Positions 8,810 through 18,194 of a stretch of DNA of 25,743 nucleotides are shown here, in pieces. Position numbers and translations under genes: made by a program. A model generated the notes under the pieces. It had not been told where the DNA came from, made no database searches, and worked only from the letters and a program-made list of their open reading frames with translations. Source of the DNA: Candidatus Fermentibacteraceae bacterium (GTDB lineage Bacteria > Fermentibacterota > Fermentibacteria > Fermentibacterales > JCC-6); contig JAWLEP010000002.1 of the NCBI GenBank assembly GCA_041686025.1, positions 73,671 to 99,413 on the forward strand, given 5' to 3'. Position 1 is the first letter of the stretch, and each line of letters begins with the position of its first letter.

Positions 8810-10053
8810 TATGACCTCCCGATGTCTCGTCTGTAGTAAGCGTTCTGGAAGCTGATCCTCCCCACCGCGCGGTAGGCGCGGTTGAGAGCCTCCCCGTAGT
8901 CCGGCGCCAGGGCCGTCACCCCCAGCACCCGGCCCCCCGCGGTGACTACGGCGCCGTTCCTCCTGGCGGTGCCGGCCTGGAACACCATAACGTCACCGGT
9001 GTCGTCCAGGCCGTGTATCTCGTACCCCTTCCCGTAGGACCCGGGGTATCCGCCGGAGGCCATGACCACGCAGGCGGCGGTCTCCGGCCGGACCTCCAGC
9101 CTCTCCGGCAGGCTTCCGCCCCTGGCGGCCGCCAGCAGCAGCTGGCCCAGGTCGCAGTCCACCCGCGGCAGGACAACCTGGGTCTCCGGGTCACCGAACC
9201 GGACGTTGAACTCCAGCACGAAGGGTCCCTGGTCGGTGACCATGAGGCCGGCGTAAAGCACGCCCCTGTAGTCTATACCCCGGCGGGCCAGCACCTCCAG
9301 CACGGGCAGGATGATCCCCTGCCGTACCTCCTCGGCGAAACCGTCGTCCAGCTCCGGGGGAGGGCTCACCGCCCCCATCCCGCCGGTGTTGGGCCCCGTG
9401 TCGCCCTCGCCGGCACGCTTGTGGTCGCGGCTGGGGGGGAACACAACCGCCCGGGTACCGCTGCAGACGGCCAGCACGCTGGCCTCCCGGCCCTGCAGCC
9501 GCCGCTCCACAACCACCCGGCTTCCCGCCTCGCCCAGCTCGCCTCCGAAGAGGCTCCGCAGGGTATCCCCGGCCTCATCCACGGTCTGCGGCAGGAACAC
9601 GCCCTTGCCCGCCGCGAGGCCGTCGGCCTTTACCACGAACTCCGAAGGCGAGTCTCCGATGTAGGACATGGCCTCTTCGGCGCCCTCGAACACCCTGCCC
9701 TCGGCGCAGGGCACCCCGGCCTCGGACATCACCTCCTTGGCGAACCATTTCGACCCCTCCAGGGCGGCCCCGTCGCTTCCGGGGCCGAAGCAGGGTATGC
9801 CGGCGGCCCGCAGGCTGTCGGCCACTCCGGCCACCAGCGGGGCCTCGGGGCCCACAACCACCAGGTCGGCGTCTATCTCGTCGGCCAGCCTCACCACGGT
9901 ATCGGGATCGGTGGGGACGACCTCCTCCAGCTGCGCCAGCTCGCCTATTCCGGGATTCCCGGGGGCGGCCCAGAGAAGGTGGTCGCCGCTCCGGTCGAGA
10001 CCCCAGGTGATGGCGTGCTCCCGACCTCCGCTTCCCAGAACCAGTATCCTCAA
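8809..10053 (-). CDS. purD: Phosphoribosylamine--glycine ligase
   Basis: [51 protein letters not shown] and [15 protein letters not shown] start overlaps the panB stop. Confidence 0.97.
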   Translation of the reverse strand: MRILVLGSGGREHAITWGLDRSGDHLLWAAPGNPGIGELAQLEEVVPTDPDTVVRLADEIDADLVVVGPEAPLVAGVADSLRAAGIPCFGPGSDGAALEGSKWFAKEVMSEAGVPCAEGRVFEGAEEAMSYIGDSPSEFVVKADGLAAGKGVFLPQTVDEAGDTLRSLFGGELGEAGSRVVVERRLQGREASVLAVCSGTRAVVFPPSRDHKRAGEGDTGPNTGGMGAVSPPPELDDGFAEEVRQGIILPVLEVLARRGIDYRGVLYAGLMVTDQGPFVLEFNVRFGDPETQVVLPRVDCDLGQLLLAAARGGSLPERLEVRPETAACVVMASGGYPGSYGKGYEIHGLDDTGDVMVFQAGTARRNGAVVTAGGRVLGVTALAPDYGEALNRAYRAVGRISFQNAYYRRDIGRS

Positions 10054-10862
10054 TTTTCCTCCTTGGCTCCGTATACGTGCTCGTCTCCGGGGAAGACGCC
10101 TTCACGAACCTCCCCGGCGTACCTCCTTACCGCTTCCTCTATCACGGGCGCCAGATCGGCATATCGCTTCAGGAACCTGGGGCTGAATCCCGGCGTGAGC
10201 CCCAGCATGTCGTTCACCACCAGTATCTGCCCGTCCACCCCGCGCCCGGCCCCTATCCCTATGGTGGGAACGGTGCAGCCGGCGGTTACCTGGGCGGCCA
10301 CGTCCTCCTGGACGCTCTCCAGGACTATGGAGAACACCCCGGCGTCCTCCAGGGCGGCGGCCTCGGCCTGCAGCCTCTGCAGGCCGTCGGCCCGGACCAC
10401 ACGGTAGCCCCCGGTGAGACGCAGAGACTGCGGCAGCAGCCCCAGATGGCCCATGACCGGAATGCCGGCCTCCACTATGGCCCCGGCCCTGCTGAGGGCC
10501 ATGCGGTTGCCGCCCTCCAGCTTCACGGCGTGGGCGGCGCCCTCCGCAAGGAAGCGGACGGCGTTGCCCACCGCCTGGGCATCGGACTCCTCGTAGGACC
10601 CGAAGGGCATGTCCCCCACCACCAGGGTCCGGGGAGCGCCCCGGGAGACCGCCCTGGTGTGGGCCAGCATCACCTCCAGGTCCACGGTGAGGGTGGTCTC
10701 CTCGCCGAGGACGGCCATGTTCATGGAGTCGCCCACCAGGATCAGGTCCACTCCCGCCTTCTGTTCCAGCATGGCGGTGGCTGCGTCGTACGCGGTGAGG
10801 GCCACGATGGGCTCTCCCGCCCGCTTCTTCGCCGCCAGCGTCCTGACGGTCACCGATGCCAT
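10050..10862 (-). CDS. panB: 3-methyl-2-oxobutanoate hydroxymethyltransferase
   Basis: [43 protein letters not shown] and DGQILV. Confidence 0.97.
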   Translation of the reverse strand: MASVTVRTLAAKKRAGEPIVALTAYDAATAMLEQKAGVDLILVGDSMNMAVLGEETTLTVDLEVMLAHTRAVSRGAPRTLVVGDMPFGSYEESDAQAVGNAVRFLAEGAAHAVKLEGGNRMALSRAGAIVEAGIPVMGHLGLLPQSLRLTGGYRVVRADGLQRLQAEAAALEDAGVFSIVLESVQEDVAAQVTAGCTVPTIGIGAGRGVDGQILVVNDMLGLTPGFSPRFLKRYADLAPVIEEAVRRYAGEVREGVFPGDEHVYGAKEEN

Positions 10863-10878
10863 TGCTCTCCCTCCCGCG

Positions 10879-11796
10879 TCAGCCGGGGCTCCCTGCGCCC
10901 TCGCTGACCCGGGGCATCAGAACCCGGTAGACCACCAGGTAGGTGATCACGGCGTAGAGGGCGCCGGCCATCACATCCACGACGTAGTGCTCGGCTCCGT
11001 AGATTATCTCGAAGATAATCACTGCCGCCGGCAGGAAAACCCAGGCGGCCCTCCGGCCGTACTCCCTGATGGCCATCATCAGGATCAGCAGCGGCACCCC
11101 GGCATGGAGGGAGGGCATGGCGCCCCTGGGGCTGGGCTGGAAGGCGCCGGCCACGCTGCCGGGGACCATCCTGCCCAGGGCCCTGAACACCAGTCTGGGC
11201 ATGGGGGGCGCGTTCCCCTCCAGGCTGGCCATCCAGGGCGGGGTGACCGGGTAGAGGATGTAGGTCAGGTAACCGGCCAGGGATATGATGGTCAGGCCCA
11301 CCGTGGCCCTCTTCATCCTCTCGGGGCCTCGGCCGGCCAGCAGGATTGCGGGAAACAGTATGGGCAGCCAGAAGATGGTGGCGTGGAAGGCGGCGAACAC
11401 GTAGTCGAACCATCTCAGTGTGCCCCCGGGGTTGAGCAGCAGCTGCAGCCGGTAGGTGGGAAGGAAGCCGAATATCCAGCGCTCCGCGGCTATCACGTCG
11501 GCGCAGTGAAAGCTGGCGTGGTAGCTGGTTACCACGTTCCGCAGCGCCGGATAGGTGACGAAGAGGAATGCGTAGAATATCCACCTGCGCACGCTCTCCG
11601 GTATGGGGCGAAGGCGGTAGAGCAGGTAGCAGGCCAGCCATATGGCCAGCTGCAGGGGTGGACGCGGAACCAGCCTGGCCAGGGGAATGATCGACACCAG
11701 CAGGCTGTAGCCGCCGGTAACCCAGATTATGATCCGGTAGCTTCTGTCGGTAACCGGCACAAAGAGGCTACCGGGGTCTCGCAGGAACTCTCTCAC
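10879..11796 (-). CDS. PAP2-superfamily membrane protein, Aur1/IPC-synthase-like (PAP2_3)
   Basis: Multi-TM protein with YILYPVTPPW, AMPSLHAG and HYVVD motifs. GTG start. Confidence 0.8.
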   Translation of the reverse strand: MREFLRDPGSLFVPVTDRSYRIIIWVTGGYSLLVSIIPLARLVPRPPLQLAIWLACYLLYRLRPIPESVRRWIFYAFLFVTYPALRNVVTSYHASFHCADVIAAERWIFGFLPTYRLQLLLNPGGTLRWFDYVFAAFHATIFWLPILFPAILLAGRGPERMKRATVGLTIISLAGYLTYILYPVTPPWMASLEGNAPPMPRLVFRALGRMVPGSVAGAFQPSPRGAMPSLHAGVPLLILMMAIREYGRRAAWVFLPAAVIIFEIIYGAEHYVVDVMAGALYAVITYLVVYRVLMPRVSEGAGSPG

Positions 11797-11848
11797 AGAT
11801 GCAACCCCGCATCGCCTTGGGCCAGGTGTCGCCGCCTGTCAAAGGAGT

Positions 11849-12012
11849 GGGGGCCACCCCTTGGCGAATGTCTCGCTTACAAGGGCTAAAGGACTTACAC
11901 GGCCGGGTACGTTTCGCATCCGCTACCTGCCTTCGCAGGGTCTCGGCGTAAGCTCAGCACCCGGGCGCGGCCTTCATCGGTTTTATACTCCATCCCCAGG
12001 TGCGTGGCCCCC
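11849..12012 (-). ncRNA. Putative 6S-like (rod with central bubble) non-coding RNA, ~165 nt
   Basis: Perfect 9-bp terminal stem (12004-12012 with 11849-11857). Nested helices are GGAUG/CAUUC, AAGG/CCUU, CCGGGUGC/GUACCCGG and an apical CCUGC-GAAG-GCAGG hairpin, with an A-rich bubble. G:U pairs favour the minus strand, and the 5' end lies 8 nt from a -10 box. Folded by hand. Confidence 0.55.
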
Positions 12013-12020
12013 GTGCCAAT

Positions 12021-12049
12021 ACCCTATGCAGGCGGGGCTCCGGCGTCAA
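12021..12049 (-). promoter_or_regulatory. sigma70-type promoter for the ncRNA and the PAP2-panB-purDE-tsaC operon
   Basis: Minus strand TTGACG (12049-12044), 17-nt spacer, TAGGGT (12026-12021). Confidence 0.6.
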
Positions 12050-12056
12050 AGGCCCC

Positions 12057-12085
12057 TTGAGCACCCGGGGCGATTTCGTTAGTAT
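12057..12085 (+). promoter_or_regulatory. sigma70-type promoter for proS (back-to-back with the ncRNA promoter)
   Basis: TTGAGC (12057-12062), 17-nt spacer, TAGTAT (12080-12085). Confidence 0.55.
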
Positions 12086-12160
12086 TGCGGCTGTTACCCC
12101 GGAAGCGTCGGTGCCCGGCCGGGCCGGCGCGTCCCCGCAACATCTCAAGGAAGGGCTGAC

Positions 12161-13603
12161 ATGGCCAAGAAGATAACATCCCCCGCCGAGGATTTCTCGA
12201 GGTGGTACCTGGACGTCATTCGGGAGGCCGAGCTGGCCGACACCGCCCCGGTCAGGGGCTGCATGATCATCCGCCCCTACGGGTACGCCATCTGGGAGAA
12301 CATGAAGGCGTCCCTGGACCGCAGGTTCAAGCAGACGGGCCACAGCAACGCCTACTTCCCCCTGTTCATCCCCCAGAGCTTCATAACGAAGGAGTCCGAG
12401 CACGTGGACGGCTTCGCCCCGGAGCTGGCCATGGTCACCCACGGAGGCGGGAAGGAGCTGGAGGAGCCCCTGGCGGTGAGGCCCACCTCCGAGACCATCA
12501 TCAACCACATGTTCTCCAAGTGGATCAACAGCTACCGCGACCTGCCGATGCTGCTCAACCAGTGGGCCAACGTGGTCCGCTGGGAGAAGAGGACCAGGCC
12601 CTTCCTGCGCACCACCGAGTTCCTCTGGCAGGAGGGCCACACGGCCCACGCCACCGAAGAGGAGGCCCGGGAGGAGACCATGAGGATGCTGGGGGTCTAC
12701 GAGGACTTCGCCCGTGAGGACGCGGCCATACCCGTAATCGCCGGCCTGAAGACCGAGAGCGAGAAGTTCGCCGGCGCCGTGGACACCTACGCCATAGAAG
12801 CGATGATGCGCAACGGCTGGGCCCTGCAGAGCGGCACCAGCCACTACCTGGGCACCAACTTCGCCCGAGCCTTCGATACCAGGTTCCTGGACAGCGACAA
12901 CGAGCAGAAGTACGTCCACCAGACCAGCTGGGGAGTGTCCACCAGGCTGGTGGGTGCCCTTATCATGGCCCACGGCGACGACCACGGCCTGAGGCTCCCC
13001 CCCAACCTGGCCCCGATCCAGACGGTTATCGTCCCCATATTCCGCAGCGACGACGACCGAACCCGGGTGCTGGAGAAGGCCGAGGAGATCCGCAGCCGGC
13101 TGGCCGACGCGGGAGTCAGGGTGGAGCTGGACGACACCGAGGGGGCCAGTCCCGGGTTCAAGTTCAACCACTGGGAGGTCAGGGGGGTGCCCCTCCGGCT
13201 GGAGCTGGGGCCCCGGGACCTGGAGGAGGGCCACGTTATGGCCAGCCCCCGCAACCGCCCCGGACGCGGGGGCAAGTTCACCATTCCCATGGAGGGCCTG
13301 GCCGACAGGGTTGTGGAGAGGCTGGAGGCCATCCAGGCGGAGATGCTGGCCGACGCCACCGAGTACCGGGACTCCAGGACCTTCGAGATAGACTCCTACC
13401 AGCAGCTGGCGCAGCAGCTGCCCGGAAAGCCGGGGTTCTACCGCGTCTGGTGGGCCGGAGGAGACGAAGAGGAGCAGCGGATGAAGGAGGAGACCAAGGC
13501 CACCGTCCGCTGCATTCCGCTGGACCAGCCCGGGGGGGCGGGCAAGTGCTTCATCACCGGCCGGGAGACCGACCGCAAGGCCATAGTGGCCAGGGCCTAC
13601 TGA
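12161..13603 (+). CDS. proS: Proline--tRNA ligase, archaeal/eukaryote-like type
   Basis: FSRWY, GCMIIRPYG, RPTSET, QWANVVRWE, FLRTTEFLWQEGHTAH, QSGTSHYLG, SWGVSTRLVG, ATVRCIP and C-terminal ARAY. No INS editing domain. RBS AAGGAAGG. Confidence 0.97.
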   Translation: MAKKITSPAEDFSRWYLDVIREAELADTAPVRGCMIIRPYGYAIWENMKASLDRRFKQTGHSNAYFPLFIPQSFITKESEHVDGFAPELAMVTHGGGKELEEPLAVRPTSETIINHMFSKWINSYRDLPMLLNQWANVVRWEKRTRPFLRTTEFLWQEGHTAHATEEEAREETMRMLGVYEDFAREDAAIPVIAGLKTESEKFAGAVDTYAIEAMMRNGWALQSGTSHYLGTNFARAFDTRFLDSDNEQKYVHQTSWGVSTRLVGALIMAHGDDHGLRLPPNLAPIQTVIVPIFRSDDDRTRVLEKAEEIRSRLADAGVRVELDDTEGASPGFKFNHWEVRGVPLRLELGPRDLEEGHVMASPRNRPGRGGKFTIPMEGLADRVVERLEAIQAEMLADATEYRDSRTFEIDSYQQLAQQLPGKPGFYRVWWAGGDEEEQRMKEETKATVRCIPLDQPGGAGKCFITGRETDRKAIVARAY

Positions 13604-13610
13604 GCTGAGC

Positions 13611-15170
13611 ATGTCCCGCCGGCCGACGGATCCGGGGGAGGTCGGCCGGTACTGGACCGCGGCGGCGGTGCTGCTGGTTCTGGCCTCCGCCGTTACCTGG
13701 CCCATGGCGGCAAGCGGAGGGGCGCACGACCATGCGGACACCCTCTACAACTCCTGGCTGCTGGCCTGGAACCACCATGCCCTCACCGGCCTGCACGACC
13801 CCCTGACCCCGCCGATCTTCCTGGGCCAGCCCGACGGGGCCGGAAGGGGTGACCTGCTGCTGACCCAGGCCGTTGCAGCGGCTCCCCTTCTGTGGCTGGG
13901 GCTCTCCCCGCTGCGGGTGCACAACCTGCTGTTCGTGGTCTCCCTGGCCTTCACCGGCTTTGCGGTGATGCTGCTGGCACGCAGGCTGGGGGCCGATCTC
14001 TGGGGCGGTCTGTTCGCGGGCTGCGCCTGCGTCTGCCTGCCCTACTTCCAGAGCCATCTCTGGCACCTCCAGCTGGTCTCCGCCGGCCTGGGCGTGCTGG
14101 CCATGGAGCGGGGGCTGGCCTTCCTGGACGGCCGCTCGTCGGGCTGGTGGGTTCCGGTACTGATACTCCTCCAGGGCTGCGCCGGCCTCTACCACTGGCT
14201 GTTCACGTGGCTGGCCCTGGGGACAATGGCGGTCTGGGCCCTCTTCCGCCGCCGGCCGCGCCGGGCGGCCGCTCTCGCCGGCCTGTCGCTGCTGGGGGCG
14301 GCGGCCATGCTCCCGCTGCTGAGACACCACCTGGAAAACGCCGCCTCCTGGCCCGTGGACCACATAGCCTCCACGGACCTCCTCGCCTTCCTGTCGCCGT
14401 GGGAGACCAGCCTGCTGCTGGGTCCGGCCAGGCCGGAGGCGGTGCGGGGGGAGGTGGCCCTGTGGCCGGGGTCGGCGGTGGTGGTTGCCGCCGCCGCGGC
14501 CCTTCTGCACCCCGGCCTGAGGCGAAGGGTGCGGGCCAAGTGGCTGCTGGCGGGGCTGGCGGTGGCATTCGGGGCCTTCTCCCTGGGACCCACGATTGTG
14601 GCGGGGGGAAGGCAGCTGGCCCCGGGCCCGTTCCGGCTGGCCGCCCTCCTGCCGGGGGTAACCTCCATCCGCCTTCCGGCCAGGGCGGGGCTGTTCGCCC
14701 TCCTCCCGGTCCTGTCCCTGGCCGGGGTGGCGGTCTCGGGGCGGAGGGCTCTGGCCTTCCTGGGGGGCCTGCTCTGTCTGGCCGAGGTGATGCATTCCGG
14801 CCTCGGCATGTACCCGCCCCCTCCGGACCACGCCCACCGCTGGCTGGCGGCGAACCCCCAGGAGGCCGTGGTGTTCCTTCCCCTGGAACCAGATCTGTCC
14901 AGGCCGGAGCGCGAATGCAGCCGGATGTACGGCTCCCGGCTGCACTTTACGGCCATGGTCAACGGATACAGCACCTCCCTCCCGGAGGGATACCGGGAGA
15001 CGGCGGCGGTTCTCAACCGCTGGCCCGCCGCGGAGGCGGAATCGCTTCTCGACCGGCTGGGAGTGGAGTGTATAGTGTACGAGGGAAGAGACCTCCCCGG
15101 CGCGGACACGGTCTACACGGACGGCAGGATCTCCGTTTCCGTGCTCCGGCGCCGGAATGGATGGAAATGA
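13611..15170 (+). CDS. Multi-pass membrane protein, probable GT-C/YfhO-related glycosyltransferase
   Basis: Acidic first loop (HDHADTLYNSWLLAWNHHAL), about 10-12 hydrophobic segments, IRLPAR motif and a soluble C-terminal domain containing MVNGYS. Confidence 0.6.
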   Translation: MSRRPTDPGEVGRYWTAAAVLLVLASAVTWPMAASGGAHDHADTLYNSWLLAWNHHALTGLHDPLTPPIFLGQPDGAGRGDLLLTQAVAAAPLLWLGLSPLRVHNLLFVVSLAFTGFAVMLLARRLGADLWGGLFAGCACVCLPYFQSHLWHLQLVSAGLGVLAMERGLAFLDGRSSGWWVPVLILLQGCAGLYHWLFTWLALGTMAVWALFRRRPRRAAALAGLSLLGAAAMLPLLRHHLENAASWPVDHIASTDLLAFLSPWETSLLLGPARPEAVRGEVALWPGSAVVVAAAAALLHPGLRRRVRAKWLLAGLAVAFGAFSLGPTIVAGGRQLAPGPFRLAALLPGVTSIRLPARAGLFALLPVLSLAGVAVSGRRALAFLGGLLCLAEVMHSGLGMYPPPPDHAHRWLAANPQEAVVFLPLEPDLSRPERECSRMYGSRLHFTAMVNGYSTSLPEGYRETAAVLNRWPAAEAESLLDRLGVECIVYEGRDLPGADTVYTDGRISVSVLRRRNGWK

Positions 15171-17650
15171 AAGGAACTGCAATGGTCCCGCTGCTGCTTT
15201 CCACGCTGCTTCTCGCCACCGCTCCCTTCGGCCCGCCCCGGCTCCCGCGGTCGGAGGTGGAGCGGTCGCCGCTGGAGTCCCGCCCACCGGGCTTCCGGAA
15301 CCTGGCCGTCAGCCTCTGCGACCGGGGGGACTCCGACGTGGCCCTGGTGGTGGCCTCGGGCCTGGAGACGCCCCTGGCCCCGGAGCTGGCCCAGCTGGCC
15401 TCCGACCTGGAGTCGGAGGGCTACAGCGTGATAACCGAGGTGATGACCGGCGGTACCGCCGAGGACCTGCGGAGCTGGCTGGCCGACCACCCCGATCTGG
15501 CCGGGGCCATACTCATCGGGCACCTGCCGGAGGCCTGGTACGAGAGCGACTGGGGATCGGCCCACGAGGAGTACCCCCTGGACCTGTTCCTGATGGACAC
15601 CGACGGCACGTGGACCGATTCCGACGGCGACGGCATCTACGACGGCCACGCAGGCGACCGGGCACCGGAGATCTGGGTGGGCAGGATAGACGCCCACGCC
15701 ATGGAGATGGGATCGGAGGTGGACCAGCTGCGCGACTACCTCACCGCCAACCACCTGTACAGGACCGGGGCCATGGCCCTGCCGGACAGGGCCCTGGTAT
15801 TCAACGACGACGACTGGAGCTACTCCGGCGACTGCGGGCTGGACGCCGTCTACACCGACCTGGACCTCTACCAGGACCAGTCGCAGACCACCGACGACTA
15901 CTACCGGGACAGGCTGGGCCATGGATACGAGTTCGTCCACCTGATGTCCCACTCCTCGCCGTGGGGCCACACCTTCAAGGTGCCCGGGGGCTACTCGGGG
16001 ACGGTCATGGCCCCGGAGATCTCCCAGATCAACCCCCAGACGGCCTTCGTCCAGCTGTTCGCCTGCTCCAACTGCCGGTGGACCGAGCCCAACTGCCTGG
16101 GCAACTGGTACCTGTTCGGCACCGACTCCGGGCTGCTGGCCATCGGGGCCACCAAGACCGGGTCCATGCTGGACTTCGAGCAGTTCTACGGCCCCATTGG
16201 CGACGGCCAGACGCCGGGAGAGGCCTTCCGGGAGTGGTTCACCAACGTGGGCATATACGACGAGAACTGGCACTACGGCTGCGTGCTCCTGGGCGATCCC
16301 ACCCTGCGGCCCCTCAGCGGCAGGCGTCTGTCCGCCTCCCGGGTGCCCGGGGTGGAGACCGGCGCGGACTACGACGCCATCTCCCCCAGCGGGGAGTCCG
16401 ACTGCTACCCCGTGGCCGCCACCGGCGGCGGGCTCACCTGCGTGGCCTGGCTCACCGGGGCCAACGGAAGGCTGGACCTGCAGACCCGGTGCTGGGACGG
16501 AGAGAGCTGGAGCCAGGTGTACACCATTGACGCCGACGAGTACTGGGACGTGACGCCGGACGTGGCCTTCGACGGCAGCGGCGACCCCTGGGTGGCCTGG
16601 GGCGACTTCGACTCCGCCAGCTACGGATACAACATCAAGGTGGCCACCGGAGATGGCTTCGGCGACGTCTCCATAGCCGCCTCGGGCTCCGGCTACGACG
16701 TGAGCCCGGCCCTGGCCTGGTCGGACGGGATGTGGCTGGCCTGGCAGGTCTGGCGGCGCGGCGGGGGGGACGTGATGATCAAGCGGCTGGACGGGGGCTT
16801 CCCGGAGACCTACCTGAGCTCCCAGGGCAGCCAGGACCTGGCCCCCGACATAGCCGTCCTGGACGGAGAGGTCTTCGCGGTATGGGCCTCCCAGGGCCCC
16901 GACGGAGGGAGCATCCTGTGCAGCCGGGGGGACGGGAACGGCTTCTCCGCTCCGGAGCAGATCTCCTCCGGGCAGTTCTGCCGCGCGCCCACCATCTGCT
17001 CGGTGGCCGGGTACGTTGTCGTGGCCTGGCAGGAGAGCGGAAGCACCTCCTCCATAGTGGCCAGGACCTGGAACGGCTCGTCCTGGGGCCAGGAGGAGGT
17101 CCTGGCCGAGAGCGCCGATGCCGCCCTGCTGAGACCCTCCGCGGGCACCGGCCCCTGGGGCGCCCCCGTCGTAACCTGGCAGCGGGGCTTCGGCTCGGAC
17201 GCCGGTATCTGGATGTGCTGCTTCGACCCCCCGGCGTGGTCCGACCCCTTCCAGCCGGTCACGCCCGGGGGACCGGCGTGGCTTCCGGCTCCCGCCGACT
17301 CCGGACTGGCATGGTCCGGCACCGGCGGGTCGGGGGACTGGGACATCTGGTGGAGCCCATGGGAGCTCTCCGGCACCGCCGGAGATCGCAGCGCCACCGA
17401 GCCCCTGCGGCCCAGGCTGGTCTCCAACCCCGTCCGGGGCAGCCTGGTGCTCGCATCGGAGGCTTCCCCCGGCGCCGCCGCCGACGTGAGTGTATACGAC
17501 ATGTCCGGCAGGCTGGTGGCCAGGAGCACCTGGGAGATGGACGGAGCCAACCTGTCCGTCGACATCTCCCACAGGCCCAGCGGGGTCTACGCCGTGAGGG
17601 TCAGGCGGGGAACCCGGCGCTGGTGCGAGAGGTTCACACTGCTGAGATAG
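15167..17650 (+). CDS. C25 (gingipain-family) cysteine peptidase domain + repeat beta-propeller + T9SS-type CTD
   Basis: Start reassigned to 15167 (ATGA overlap); 15182 is an alternative. Signal peptide, PEIWVGRI, HLMSHSS (His), LFACSN (Cys) and LLGDPTL. Seven P...[VL]xW repeats follow, then a CTD SNPVRG...YDMSGRLV...SGVYAVRV. Confidence 0.75.
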   Translation: MKGTAMVPLLLSTLLLATAPFGPPRLPRSEVERSPLESRPPGFRNLAVSLCDRGDSDVALVVASGLETPLAPELAQLASDLESEGYSVITEVMTGGTAEDLRSWLADHPDLAGAILIGHLPEAWYESDWGSAHEEYPLDLFLMDTDGTWTDSDGDGIYDGHAGDRAPEIWVGRIDAHAMEMGSEVDQLRDYLTANHLYRTGAMALPDRALVFNDDDWSYSGDCGLDAVYTDLDLYQDQSQTTDDYYRDRLGHGYEFVHLMSHSSPWGHTFKVPGGYSGTVMAPEISQINPQTAFVQLFACSNCRWTEPNCLGNWYLFGTDSGLLAIGATKTGSMLDFEQFYGPIGDGQTPGEAFREWFTNVGIYDENWHYGCVLLGDPTLRPLSGRRLSASRVPGVETGADYDAISPSGESDCYPVAATGGGLTCVAWLTGANGRLDLQTRCWDGESWSQVYTIDADEYWDVTPDVAFDGSGDPWVAWGDFDSASYGYNIKVATGDGFGDVSIAASGSGYDVSPALAWSDGMWLAWQVWRRGGGDVMIKRLDGGFPETYLSSQGSQDLAPDIAVLDGEVFAVWASQGPDGGSILCSRGDGNGFSAPEQISSGQFCRAPTICSVAGYVVVAWQESGSTSSIVARTWNGSSWGQEEVLAESADAALLRPSAGTGPWGAPVVTWQRGFGSDAGIWMCCFDPPAWSDPFQPVTPGGPAWLPAPADSGLAWSGTGGSGDWDIWWSPWELSGTAGDRSATEPLRPRLVSNPVRGSLVLASEASPGAAADVSVYDMSGRLVARSTWEMDGANLSVDISHRPSGVYAVRVRRGTRRWCERFTLLR

Positions 17651-17678
17651 AACCACACGACACACGGAGGGAGAACGG

Positions 17679-18179
17679 ATGAGCGACCGGGCGATAGACG
17701 CGATAAAGGGCGCCATACTCCTGGAGAGAAGGGGACAGGCCTTCTACCGCAGGGTGGCCGAGACATCGAAGAGCGACGCCGTGTCCGAGGTCTTCTCCAC
17801 CATGGCGGACGAGGAGAAGAGGCACGAGGAGGTCCTGGAGCAGCACTACTCCTCCCTGGTCCGCGACGGCAGGCTGGCGGCCATAGGCGAGCTGGGAGAG
17901 GTGAAGGAGCATGCCGCCGAGATGCTGACTCAGAACATAAGGCAGCAGGTGGAGGCGGCGGGCTACGAGGCGGCGGCCATATCCGCGGCCATGGCTCTGG
18001 AGAAGGAGGCCGAGACCTACTACTCCCAGAAGCGCGACCAGGCGGAGTCCGACGTGGAGCGGGACCTCTACGACTGGCTCTCCCGCTGGGAGCACGGTCA
18101 CCTGGAGATGCTGGGCGACATGGACCGGGCCCTGCAGAAGGAGATCTGGTTCGAGAACAGGTTCTGGCCCGAGATCTGA
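17679..18179 (+). CDS. Ferritin-like / rubrerythrin-family di-iron protein
   Basis: Duplicated helix pairs E..G..FY...EEKRH and E.....YY...WEHGH. RBS GGAGG. Confidence 0.85.
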   Translation: MSDRAIDAIKGAILLERRGQAFYRRVAETSKSDAVSEVFSTMADEEKRHEEVLEQHYSSLVRDGRLAAIGELGEVKEHAAEMLTQNIRQQVEAAGYEAAAISAAMALEKEAETYYSQKRDQAESDVERDLYDWLSRWEHGHLEMLGDMDRALQKEIWFENRFWPEI

Positions 18180-18194
18180 CCCGGGCCGCTTTTA
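18166..18194 (+). terminator. Possible weak intrinsic terminator at a convergent junction
   Basis: GGCCCG (18166-18171) / CGGGCC (18182-18187) stem followed by GCTTTTA. Confidence 0.25.

Noticed and set aside
11814..11842. Second minus-strand TTGACA (11842-11837) as a promoter for the PAP2 gene
   Set aside because: The hexamer at 17-nt spacing is CAAGGC, which is not a credible -10 box.
11797..12012. Identification of the RNA as tRNA, tmRNA, SRP RNA, ZTP riboswitch or hammerhead ribozyme
   Set aside because: No T-loop or CCA end, no SRP helix-8 motif, no ZTP consensus, and CCGAUGA differs from the hammerhead CUGAUGA core and lacks the required stems.
11861..12082. 73-aa plus-strand ORF in the intergenic gap
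   Set aside because: TTG start, no family features, and it runs across two promoters. The structured RNA explains the region better.
12091..12160. T-box riboswitch ahead of proS (GC hairpin at 12105-12130)
   Set aside because: The leader is only about 70 nt, with no UGGNACC T-box, specifier stem or terminator.
13892..15160. N-terminal extension giving a 1252-aa ORF
   Set aside because: It is an off-frame shadow of 13611-15170. The signal peptide begins at 15167-15182.
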